NCBI GenBank assembly: GCA_965153285.1
Contig: OZ229115.1
DNA length: 64,000 nucleotides
Reading direction: 5' to 3' (one strand)
From: Podarcis tiliguerta
Taxonomy: Eukaryota
Below, one piece after another: positions 1 through 11,440 of this stretch. The notes beneath the pieces are model-generated. The model was given only the letters and a program-made list of their open reading frames with translations, did no database searches and was not told where the DNA came from. The translations under genes were made by a program, and so were the position numbers. Positions within the stretch are counted from its first letter, which is position 1; every line of letters begins with the position of its first letter.

Positions 1-3000
1 TTCTTGTGAATTTATCCAAATTGACTTTAAATAGGCCATTTCCAAAAAACATGTGCTGTTTTTATTTATTCACAAAAGAGTTAAGCTCTGTCTTTTGACT
101 CATTCTGATGATGTCAGTAACTGACAACTTTTAGATCTCAATGGCGAAATCTCTTATGTGCATTCAGAACAGCATGCCTGGGTTTCTCCCCTATTTCCTT
201 CCTAGGAAGGGACACATACTTTGCGCATGCTCAGACACACACTTGTTTTTTTGTAATTATTTCGCATTCTAAGGTTGAACTTTGGTCTTGCAAATGGGCT
301 GACATTAAACCTTTGGAATAGGAGGATGGTGGGTTGAACAGCACTGCCTGGCTGGAATGCAGTCATGACATAAATGGAAATCAGGCAAGGCACACGGACT
401 CCATTTCTTCAGCGCTGGAGTTTTTTATGGGCACTGCTGGTTTGATCGCAAGCCTGTTTCCACAATGAAGGAGGATACAAATTAGCTTTTAAATTTTTTT
501 TTTGCAAGTGTTAAGATCCTTCGGAATCTGTATTCTGTGCTGATTACTAAATTTGATGCAAAATATGTTTGCTGAAAATGCAGGGAAGGAAAGGCAACAG
601 CAAGAAATTCACTGGCTATATCCGGCCCACTGTGTTCTGGTAGCAAAATTTGTCAGAAAGCTAAAAGCTTGATAGAAACAAAAGTGTAAGTTTTTGTGGA
701 AGAAAGGGAAAGCTGGAAAAAGTGACCAGCAAAGCTCAGAGAAATCTTTTCCCCCCATCCTCAGTCTGTTCCTTTCTTCTACAGCCAGTCCTATTTATAA
801 AATAAACCCTCGTCCAGCTCTGTGTTTTCATTCTGATTCTAGTTTTGCCTTGCGGTGACATCAGAGCCCCTTCCAGTTTGCCTCCTGTTATGTCACTAAA
901 ACCTCATAGCGTATTTATAGCCTTGTTCTTTGGTTGTCTCTAATTCATAATTTATTGCAGAACACAGACTGAGACCGCATGCATTATCCTTAAGGCCACA
1001 GTTCTCGGAGCATTAATGCCAGATCAATGCGTTCTCTTGAGAGCAGCGAAAGAAGGCAGGGAAGAAGAAGGCAGGCTGCCAGAGCATCATGAGCAGTGCT
1101 TAGAATGCTCTGACTTGGGGGTTTGTGGCACCTTCCTTGCTCAGGAGTCCCCTCTTTTCTGGCATCTCGCTGGCTTGCCCATTTGTCTCTGTCATTCTCC
1201 TGTGCCTGCTAGTGAACCGCAGCTACAGCATCCTATCAGGAGAGCGTAGCAGGCAGAGCAGTCAAATAATCTACAGGGTAACTTTATTTATCCTAATCAT
1301 TGGGGGGATATACAAAATGCTTGGCTGAGCAGCAGTGTCGTTTACTGCAAAGCCTACTTAGAATGAAATACACTTCTGTGGTGGGGAGAAGAGTCAGTTC
1401 AGGATAACCTCAGGTTTAAATATGCCACAACTTCACGAGGTAACTGGTGAGTAGCTATGGTCTCTGGTGTCTGCCTGTCTCGCTTTGTTTCTCTGGCCCA
1501 TCTTTTTTAGGACCCGGCTTATTTCTGTGAATGCAAGTTGTTTTAAATTGTTTTTACCATTTTACTTTAACCTGCCCTGGGACTTTTGGGTGTAGGACAG
1601 GTCACAATTTTTCACAAGAGTAACCTTTACTCTTCTAAAGCTTTTCTAAAATCTTTATTAGGGGAATTTTTTTAAAAAAGCTAATAAAACTTTCTGCGTA
1701 TGCATACTTGAGATGCTCAACTCAAAGATGCATTGTACATTGAAAAAAAAAAAACCCTTAATTTGAAAACAATATTAAAATAAAGTTTGTGTTGCCCTCC
1801 ACCCTTGTGTGAAAAAATCCCCCACAAGTCAAGGAACTAAGAACTAATTTTTCATGGGGGGCGCTCTAGCTTAATAGTAAAGAATCTATTTTACATGCAG
1901 AAGGTACCACATTCAGTTCTGCAGCTTCTTTGTGCTGGGAAGGGTTCCCTGCCTAAAATCCTGGATGACTTGCTGCCATTTGGTATAAACAATACTGAGC
2001 TGGATAGACCATTGGTCTGACTCTCTCTAAGGCAGCTTCCTATGTTTCTGTGTACTGGTGTAGAGAATGAGGCCTGTGGCTTCTGCATCCTTGCTGGCAG
2101 CTTAGCTCTCAATATCCTGCCACACAGAACTCTCCTGCAATCTGTTCTTTGACCTAAAATTCATTCTAGACAGAGCACATACATAGAGACCACAGAAGCC
2201 CCACACCTCACCTCAGACCTGCCTGTCGCCTGCTAGTAGAGGTTCAGAAGTGCATGTATAATCCTCGCCATCAAGGCAATGACCAGGTTGTCACTTTGAG
2301 AGCCTCCTTGTGTCGTCTGTGGTGGATACAGAGAAAGTGGAATAAGTCCTGGTTTCTGTTATGGGGCTGCTTCATGTCTGATATTTCTTTAACCCACAGA
2401 GAGCCTTCTTCTGGGGAAAGCAGTTGTAGTACACTTGAAAACCACACGGGGGCCTGTTTTGCTGTGATTACAATATATTTGGAAGCCACAGAAGCTCAAT
2501 AAGGCACTTGTGCAACTTTCACCCTCCCAGGAGTGTAAGCGCATATATGCCTCCCTTCCACTGCCACCTTACCCTGGTCGGGGCTTACCATAACACTATC
2601 TTGCCACTGGTGGGTTGTTAAGCAAAGTTTTGGCCCACACCAATGCATGACAGCCTGGCCACCTAGCTATGGTGTCTGAGTGGAAGGGAAGGTGCTTCAG
2701 CATAAAGCACATTCGGGAGAAATAGTCTCTGCCACTACAAACAGCTTTTAGATTGTGCTTCCATTACTCTTAAAACATCTGCTCTATTTGCACGTCTACG
2801 AAAGTGAGAGACTGCAAACATACTTCAGCTTGGAGGTGCCATTTCCCTCTCCTTTCAGTACTGCTGCAAGAGGATTAGGTTGGTGAATGCTGAATTGAGG
2901 TGCCCTCAGTCAGGGAGGAGAACCTGTGGCCCTCCAAATGCTGCTGGACTACAACTCCCATCATCCCTGCTGGTTGGCCCCACTGACTGGGGTGAGGGGA

Positions 3001-4399
3001 ACTGGAGTCCAACAGCATACAGAGAGCCACAGGTTCCCCATCCTGTCTCTAAGCGATTTAAAAGGGGTTGTTTAGATTTGTGTCCCAAGATCATGATTTT
3101 ACTTCATCTTGTGTTAGGGCTGGTCTTGCAAGTTGCAAATCCAGGGAATTTATTAATAATATTTATTTATTTTTAAACTCCTAAACATACAAACAGAGCA
3201 TTATTTGATATGAAACAGAGAACAGAGTGTAACTGAAGGCTTGCAATCTAAATAGTAATGTCTCTAACTTACTATATCTGACCAAATGTTCTGTTTATGA
3301 TGCTGGGGCTTCATGGGCGCCTTTTAATATGGGGGAGAAAGGAATATGAGCAAATTCCTTTTCTTGAGAACTGATGTGCAAGTGTGCATTTTGTGTATGT
3401 ACCTGAATCTCCTTGTTTCACAAAACCTGTGGACTTTGTTCTGTCTGATCTCCTCTTCCTAAGAAGTTTAAAATGTCTCTAAGTCATATGGCTTGCCAAG
3501 GCGAGACCTCTTATTATTGGGTACTTTGGACCACTTTACCATGGCTCTGTCACCCTGAAGGTCACAGATCAGTTGTTATCAGTCAGATCTCTCCTCCTTC
3601 TCATTTCCTTATCTTAGGTCCTGATAATGAGATTGTATGGGAGTGATACAGTTGAGCAAAGAACAAGAGCATCTTGTGACTGTCAGTGCCCTGCTGTTAG
3701 CACTAAGCAATTTTTCTGTCACTTGAGTCCAAGGCTACTGCTGGTTCTATAGCAGAAATGCACTCTACCAAGCTGAGTCACGCACACCATACGAACCAGT
3801 TTCCATTTCCTCAAGCCCCTACATTAAATCCCATTACATTTCACCTGTGTGCAGCAAATCCTCTCTGAAAATAGACCCAAATTTAATAGCAGCGTCTAAA
3901 TTTGAGAGATGCTGTATCCTGTGCAAGGTTTTATTTTAGTGCAATTAGGTGGTACTTCTGACTTTAACCCTGCAACTAGGGAAAAGGAATCTAGGGCACT
4001 CTGTGTTGGGGGATGCGGCAGGAAGTTGCATAAGTAGTTATTCGCAAGTGGGCCTCTTGATCCACATATGAAAGAAGTCAATAGATGTGATTGTGGTGTG
4101 TTAGAGCGAACCTGGATGTGATTTTCTCCAGGTGTTTGCCTGCCTTCACTCCCTAGCACCAGCAAAAGGCCAGAATGAACCAAGACAGATTTTGCCAAAA
4201 ATGATTGCAAGCAAAGGAATTCACTTAACTGAAAAACAAACCCAAAACTATACCTTGAATACACAAGAGATAAAAGGTATCCCACAAACTAGCACAGTGT
4301 TCCCTAATACATCTATAATCTCATGCTTGCTCTCAGCTGGGGAGTATTTACCAGTCTTTGATTTGTTCCCTTTTGACGTGTCTGAGAATAATTAGAAAA

Positions 4400-4860
4400 A
4401 GGATTCTTGCTGCAGCAAGAATGCTATTTGCCCAGTGATGGAAGCAAGAAGAACTACTAACAAAAGAAGAGTGGCAGATGAAACTGATGGACTATGCCGA
4501 GTTGGCAAAATTAATTGGGAAAATTTGGAACTAGCAAGACCAGACTTTCCTGAAAGATTGGAAGAAATTTATGATATATTTGAAAGACAGTTGTAATCAA
4601 TTGACATCGCTTGTAGGGTTGCAAGAAATTTTGTAAGGAGAACTATATGAATTATTGCAAAAAAGGACTAAGGAATTTATTTAGGATTTGGATTTTATAG
4701 CAATAACTATTAAAATAAAATGCAAAATCAGAAAGAAAGTTAGAAAACCATTAGTTGAGGTTGACGGAAGTCCTAGGCTGTGATAGCCAAAGGTTTGTTA
4801 TATTGTAGAAGATGGGATGTTATGTTTGGAAAACATGTGCAAAAACCAATAAAAATTTTG
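4400..4860 (+). mobile_element. Degraded L1/Tx1-type LINE 3' end
   Basis: Remnant ORF2-like C-terminus (KEEWQMKLMDYAELAKL...DWKKFMIYLK) with stops, A-rich 3' UTR, AATAAA then a microsatellite. Confidence 0.6.
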
Positions 4861-4875
4861 TGTGTGTGTGTGTAT

Positions 4876-4913
<38 letters not shown>
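4859..4913. repeat. (TG)n(GA)n compound microsatellite
   Basis: Direct inspection. Confidence 0.9.
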
Positions 4914-4917
<4 letters not shown>

Positions 4918-5847
4918 ATTAGAAAAGGGAAGGTTTCTGAAGAGGAAGACCTCCCCCCCTTGATTGGCTGTTTGTGACCACCCACTTTCTACTCAAACCT
5001 TCATCCCGGCTATCTCAGTTTTGCTTTACTTTCTTTAACAGCCACCAGCCCATTTGGGAATAATACTCTGTGTACAAAAAGAGAGAGATGTTGACACCAC
5101 TATCTTGTGTAACTAGCTTGCTCCAGAGTGCCTTGATTAAACTGGCATTCAGGTATTCTCCTCCTCATATGATGAGAAAAGTGGGGGTGAACTCCTCTGT
5201 GTGTCCCTGTGCCTGCCCTTGCTGTCCTCCAGTTGCAGGAACTTGCTGCACCTGTGGAGGCTTCCTGTGCAATTTAGAGTCCTGATCTTGCAGGGAGGCA
5301 CTGTGAGTGCAACAGGCTCCTGCTGCAGTCAGTTTGCTCTCCCAGTGTGCAGAGAAAATTGGGCATGCAGCGCTTTGTGGGCCAGCCACCCTTCCTGCTC
5401 TTCCTCATGTGATTCTAATCACACGTGAAAATTGAAGGCCCAGATCTGGTAACATGCCAGTCTGATCTGGCTAAAAATGAATGACTCCTGCCTCTGTACC
5501 CTATGCAGATTTCCCCAAGAGTATTTAACCTTAATCATTTCTATGATTCTGTGATGACCATATAGCTATCTTGCCCACTGAGTCTCTGTTGAACCAAAAG
5601 ATTTATTCTCCCTTCCTCTGCACATACCTGGATTCAGTCTTGTGGCTAATTTAAAAGCTATGCTTAAAAACAAGACAATGTAAAAACAAGACAACCTATT
5701 TCTTTTAGATAATATCTTTGGAAGGTCACGTTCAAAGCATACTTGCCATTTCCTTTCTAGTGCCAATTTTATGAGGAGCGTTTTTTAATTACCTTTTGTT
5801 GACAGTCAACATTCAGTGTAACCGATGCATTCTTTTCCTTTCTGCAG

Positions 5848-5914
5848 AAAATACGTCTTTTCCTGCAAGCATACAGAAGTACCTTTGTCTGTGCCTTGGG
5901 ATCAAAGCAATAAG
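5848..5914 (+). CDS. ACOT11: ACOT11 coding exon
   Basis: tctgcag|A AAA TAC...AAT AAG|gtaaaa; [22 protein letters not shown]. Confidence 0.93.
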
Positions 5915-8900
5915 GTAAAATAAACATGGAGGTTGCTTGGTGCCCCACAAGTTGCTAACATCTGCATCTCAGGGGGCCTTTAGACTCCTCCAAAGCAGGA
6001 GGGCCACATTCCCCGTGGAGCAGCCTTCCAGGGACCACATGCCAGTGGTGGGTGGTGCCTAAAGCAGAAGTGCACAGAGCACAAATGTGGATTTTACCTT
6101 TTAGCCTCATGGGGGCAGCTCCCCGCCACTGATCAAGTAAAACAATAGAAATACTTAACTGACCAATCACATCGGTTATGCCCCCCCAACAAAAGTCCTG
6201 CCCTCCCCTAACAAAAATCCTTAGTTATCAGAAAGTTCATTTGATGGGAGGAGAGTGGACAATAACCCCTTCCCCCATCAGTTGATCTGCACAAATCAGC
6301 TTGGGGTGTGTGTTGTGAGTCCCATCTGTGTACAAGTGTGGGTGTGCCAATGGGAGGTGCCCATTTTTGGACATACTCGTCATCTGCATACTTCCTTGAG
6401 AAGGTTGACCAAGGGGAACTGTTGCCCCCAGGTCCCAAAAACTTAACCGTACCTGCCATGGAACTTGTTTGTGCCTCAGATGTCTTAAGGAATAAGGGCT
6501 CTCTTGTGGGATGGAACTAGAAATGCTACTCATGAGCAAAGATAAAGTTAGAAAGCTTTGTGTGTTGGTTTAGAACGGTAGGAGAGCCCTGCTGGATCAA
6601 GCCAGTAGCCCATCTAGTTCAGCATCCTGTGGCTAACCAGGTGTTTTGGGGAAGCCCAAAAGCAGGATGTGAGTGCAGTAGCATCATCCTCACTTGTGAT
6701 TCATCGGAAACGGCATTCAGGGTCATACTGCCTCTGATCTTGGAGGTAACATAGCCCTCGCAACTAGTAGCCATTTTCTCCAGGAAGGAGACTCATGCTG
6801 TTGTCTCAGAACGCAAGCTGGCCTCCAGGTAGCTTCTATATTGGCTTTTCAGCCAGACGTGACATTTTGCCTGTACCTTGGGAAATTAGATATTTAGAAG
6901 CGGACATGTGTCTGTTGCTATGCAATCAAGACAAAACCCACTGAAACATTGGCTGGTGATTAAAGTTAGAGCATTTGATTTGTTAAACCCATGTTTACTT
7001 TTTGTTTGCTTAAAATATTTACTTATACCTCCTTCAGTCTGACAGCAGGTCTCTTAGGCAGCTGATGCAAGAGAAAAGTAAAACAGAATAAACGCAAGAA
7101 AATATCATCACATTCCATGTAAACACTCTTTCTCTCCCCTGCAAAGACTTTCATAAACTTCTTAATGCCTTCAGAAGGCTATTTTGGGCCTTGCTGGGAA
7201 GGAATTCCATACCACTGATGGTAGGCCTTCAGCTTATTGCCCTCCTAGCTTGCTTCCAAAGGTGGTGGCACTCAAAGCAGAGCTTCTGGTGATGATTGAA
7301 AATCTGCCGAGGTGTTTAAGGAGACGGACTATTATTTAGAATGTCCTTATCCCAAGTCACTTCAAGATGACTGCTCAAAACAAATTATGATAAATGCTCA
7401 ACCAAGTTTGGGGGATGGTTAGGCAAAGTCAGCTATTTATTCAGTTCCGTATTCATTCTTATTTGTTTGTGAGGACATTACAAGACATTACATTATTTTT
7501 CCATCACTAGCCTTGTCTCAAAAACAGTCCCAACAGGTTTGTTGTGCAAGACTGCCAAATAAGCTTTAAAAGTTAAAACCAGCAGTGAATTAGGCCTGGA
7601 AACCAACTAGGAGCCAGTGAATAAGTTTAAGAACAGTGGAGAGAGTTGCTAAGATGTATTTCGTTATCAAAATGTGAACAATATTTGGCACCTCTAGAAT
7701 TCCCCCATTCCTCAAGAAAGAAATACACATGATGGAAAGTAAATCAGACTTTCTTGCCTTAATATATTGTGCAGGTTAAGGGATGGGAAAGAGGAGGACC
7801 ATTTACAATCTTCTTGTAGAAGGAAGCTTTGTTTGAAATTGTGAATATTTGAACAGGAACTTGGTAATACTAGATGGTATAAAGGAGGTTCCACGAAGTA
7901 TAGGGGCCATTTGTCAGGGTGGATGGGGGAGAAATTGGAAATGGAAGAGGAAGATGTATTTATTTTTGCAAGCTTTATTATTGCAGAGTCCTCACTAACT
8001 CCTAGCACTCGGCTCCCTGCAACTTCTAAAGAAATTATATAAAGTCTGGCTAATTCTGCTAAAAATTTCCAAGACTTCAGAATTGTGAAATCTCTGGGAT
8101 CAAAACTATTTCATGGAACTCAATGTCAGAAAGAGCATATAAGGCAAAGTTTTAAAGTGGAATGAAATGCCCATCACTGTCTTTCATTTCTAGAGCAAGC
8201 GGCATGTACTAGGACCCTCAATACTTTACAATAATAGAGAGAAGTTCACAGCAGTCTCTACACACAAGTGTGTAATTTAATAAAGATAAGAGGAACAGTG
8301 AGAGGAAGAAATGGGAAAAGGTTATGCTGGTGCTGGACACATTACAATTAGTAGCTCTTTTTGATGGGCTATTTTCTTGTGTTTTTTTTAAAAATGCAGG
8401 TTTACCTGAGTTACAACAATGTTACTGCACTGAAGACATTAGTAGCAAAGGCCAACTGGGTGCTTACCTCCGAAAGAGACAAGGTAGCTGACCCCATCCT
8501 CAAGCAACTGTTCAATCTCAAATGCAAAACATGTAGTCAAGTATCCAAGCATCTCATCCCAGTTTATCTTTGTTGTGGGAGGAATCATGGTTTTCAGACT
8601 GCAAGCACTATTATTTTTGTTCTCGTGAAGTGTGCATACAATGAAACTTGTTGGCCTACATTTGCATTGAACTGGAATGTAGATATTTTTTGTTGGAGGT
8701 GCCATTTTTGTGGTTTTAATCACCTCTGCCTTCGCTCTCTAAGGTCAAGATGTACACACTGGAAGAGGACAAATTCCTCTCTATCCGAATAGAGATGACC
8801 ATCTGCATTGATGCAATGCAGGCCTTTCTGCTGCTCTCAGACCTGCGACACAGGCACGAATGGGACAATCATTATGCGTAAGTACTTTGGTGGTTAACAA

Positions 8901-11440
8901 TTGCTTTTTAGTTAGTGATGGTGTCCCGAATTCCCATTCTCATAGTTTAAGAGATCTTTTTGCTCACGTAGTTAAAAACAAACAAGCCCAGAAGCTGAGA
9001 TTCTTGGAACAGTAGATTCTGTGCCCAATGCACATTCTTTTCTGTGCTCATGTAGAATCTCGGCATAACTCAGATTTAAGGTTATTTAGCTACTCTACCA
9101 ATGATACTAGATACAATAGCAGGCCTCCTCCTTTATGCCCTCACAACTTTGATCACTCCCAAAAGTTATCCAATTGGCTCTTGTTGCTCTTTATTGTTGC
9201 AGTTGCACAAATATAAGAACCTAAGATAAGGTCTCCTGGTCAAAGTTCAGCATCTTGTATCACACAGCGGCCAGCCAGATGCGAAAGGGCAATTGTCATC
9301 TCCAGTTGTTCACCTTCTGATTTCCCTTTTTGCAGGAGTTCTGAACTTGTTCAACAAGTTGATAAAGAGGACATGATCTATCATGTTGTTAGCCATACTA
9401 TGAGCGAGGAAAACAAGCCTCAGGACTTCGTCATTCTCGTGTCACAAAGGAAGCCTTGCAGCAAAGGGTATGTTGCCAAACATCTCCTCTCCACTGCAAC
9501 TTCTAGGGCATCTGTTCCGCTTCAGATATGGTGCACACACATCTGTAAAGAGACCAGTGCCCAGGTGCCTTTCAAAATCTCTTCTGCAAACTTCATTTCA
9601 CCAGTTTTGAACAAAAGCTAAAGGCAAGAACTAGGCTAGCTCAGGGCATGTTCAGCCTATTGAGTAAGCAGAACAAGGTTTCTTTGGAGGTTGTTATGGG
9701 CATGGTGAACGTCAAAGCAGAGAGGGAAAAGTTCAGTGCACTTGTTCTAACTGGGTTTCCTTTCTTTCCAGTGATCCATATGTTGTAGCATTCAGATCTG
9801 TCACACTGCCAACACATCCAGCAAAACCAGAATATACCCGTGGGGAGACCTTGTGTTCTGGCTTCTGTATTTGGCAGGAAACAGATGAGCTCACCAAGGT
9901 AGGCATTTAGCTTTCTAAGAGTGCAGCAGAGGAATGAGTGATAGTGGCTCAGTTTGGATATGGATTATGGGGAATGTCCCATGAATCCCCTTTCCCTACT
10001 TATTCAAGGATTCTGCTCCATTTCCAGGTTTTGGGCACCAGGTGAAAACTTTTCTCTAGAACCAGGCTATTGGCTGATTAAACAAACTATGGCCCTTTAA
10101 ATGTGTTTGTGGGGAGTGGGGTTATTGGTTTGCTTTTGTTTTTTATTATGCATTTTGTGTTCTCATTTTGTATTTTTAAGTTGTAAACTGCCCTGTCCAG
10201 ATGAAGGGTGGTATGCAAATTTAAATATTATTATTATTATTATTATTATTTGGCCATGATTTCCAACTAGGGACAAACCATGGTTAATGCTAAATTCCAA
10301 ACAATGGTTTCTAAACGCATAGTTTGGAAGTCAGCACTAACTGTAATCTGCCCAATTTAAGAAACCATGGGAATCTATGGTTAAAGCAACTCGGAAACAG
10401 TAGAGGCTGGAGGCTATGAGCCTCTGTCCTCCAAATTGTTTCAGTTCCCAGGGATGTATTTTATAGCATGAGTTCACCCTATTTGTTCTGAGAGTAGCTT
10501 TGTGTACCAGATTACCTTTATAAAGTGTCACAAATCTTTTTTCCTGATGTTAGAATAGATGCTGTTTGTGAAATATTGAAACATAGCAAATCACTTGATG
10601 TGAATTCCTTTTATGTTGTTGTTGTTTAGTCGTTTAGTCGTGTCTGACTCTTTGTGACCCCATGGACCAGAGCACGCCAGGCACACCTGTCTTCTCCTTT
10701 TATGTACCATTGGTTAACACAACACTTTCCTCTATGCAATCACATATACCAATGTATTTGGGAATGGTGGTGTGGCAAAAGAAGTCAGGGACCTGCGTAT
10801 GTGTGCCAGCTTTTAGCCTCTGCCCATTTCTAGCTCCAAGTTTTTCTGGCTGTAGGTTTTTGTGATTTAAAATGGGCACAAACCCTAAAAACCAAAGGAG
10901 AAGCACCACCAGTGTAATGGTTTGGATTGAGTTTGCTATTCCAGGATTCTTGCAATCATTTCCAGAGATGGCTCAAGATGTTCTGATACTTAAGGCAGAA
11001 AATCCACATGGTGTCTCTCCTGATACATGCACCCACAGATGTACACTAACTAGTTCCTTGTTTGCTGCCTTTGCATTGTACCTTGAAGCCTGCTGCTGCT
11101 TTGCATTCCTCTGAATAAACCAGTGTCTTGTGCAAGTTAGGAATTAGAACTGAGTTCAAGGAGCCAATAGTTGGCATTGCTGTCAACTATTACATTGAGG
11201 AGGGAAATCCATTCTTAGTTTGGGGTCAGTAAACTGAAGCCTTCCCAGGAACTAATTGATAAGATGCTTTTTTGTTGTTTCCAGGTGTCGTATTACCACC
11301 AGGCCACTTCAGGTGTTTTGGCCTACATTACAACTAACATTGCTGGCCTCTCTTCAAGCTTCCATTCCACCTTTCAAGCCTGTGAACAGTTCCTCCAGAA
11401 AAACAAAGACAATCTCTCGGTTGGGCTTCAGAATCTTTAG
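5848..11440 (+). CDS. ACOT11: Acyl-CoA thioesterase 11 (THEM1/STARD14), 3' part encoding the START domain; spliced gene model, 5' exons lie upstream of the window
   Basis: join(5848..5914,8400..8483,8744..8877,9336..9467,9772..9898,11285..11440). All introns GT-AG, phases consistent. Translation [30 protein letters not shown]...-KPQDFVIL-...RGETLCSGF...-VSYYHQAT...QNL* matches the recalled ACOT11 C-terminus. Confidence 0.95.
8400..8483 (+). CDS. ACOT11: ACOT11 coding exon
   Basis: atgcag|GTT TAC...GAC AAG|gtagct; [28 protein letters not shown]. Confidence 0.93.
8744..8877 (+). CDS. ACOT11: ACOT11 coding exon
   Basis: ctctaag|GTC AAG ATG...TAT GC|gtaagt; [13 protein letters not shown]...[15 protein letters not shown]. 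Confidence 0.93.
9336..9467 (+). CDS. ACOT11: ACOT11 coding exon
   Basis: ttgcag|G AGT...AAA GG|gtatgt; [17 protein letters not shown]...[17 protein letters not shown]. Confidence 0.93.
9772..9898 (+). CDS. ACOT11: ACOT11 coding exon
   Basis: ttccag|T GAT CCA...ACC AAG|gtaggc; [16 protein letters not shown]...[12 protein letters not shown]. Confidence 0.93.
10615..10695 (-). mobile_element. RTE/Bov-B LINE 3' tail fragment
   Basis: Reverse complement reads ...ggggtcacaaagagtcagacacgactaaacgactaaacaacaacaac. Confidence 0.7.
11285..11440 (+). CDS. ACOT11: ACOT11 last coding exon
   Basis: tttccag|GTG TCG TAT...CTT TAG; [37 protein letters not shown]...QNL*. Confidence 0.92.
   Translation: MSYYHQATSGVLAYITTNIAGLSSSFHSTFQACEQFLQKNKDNLSVGLQNL

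Noticed and set aside
202-393. 63-aa minus-strand ORF
   Set aside because: No ATG start, no flanking splice pair and no recognisable homology
5070-5428. Cys-rich ORFs resembling metallothionein or keratin-associated proteins
   Set aside because: No metallothionein spacing, starts are non-ATG or poorly placed, and the Cys arise from TG-rich sequence; better explained as an acceptor region
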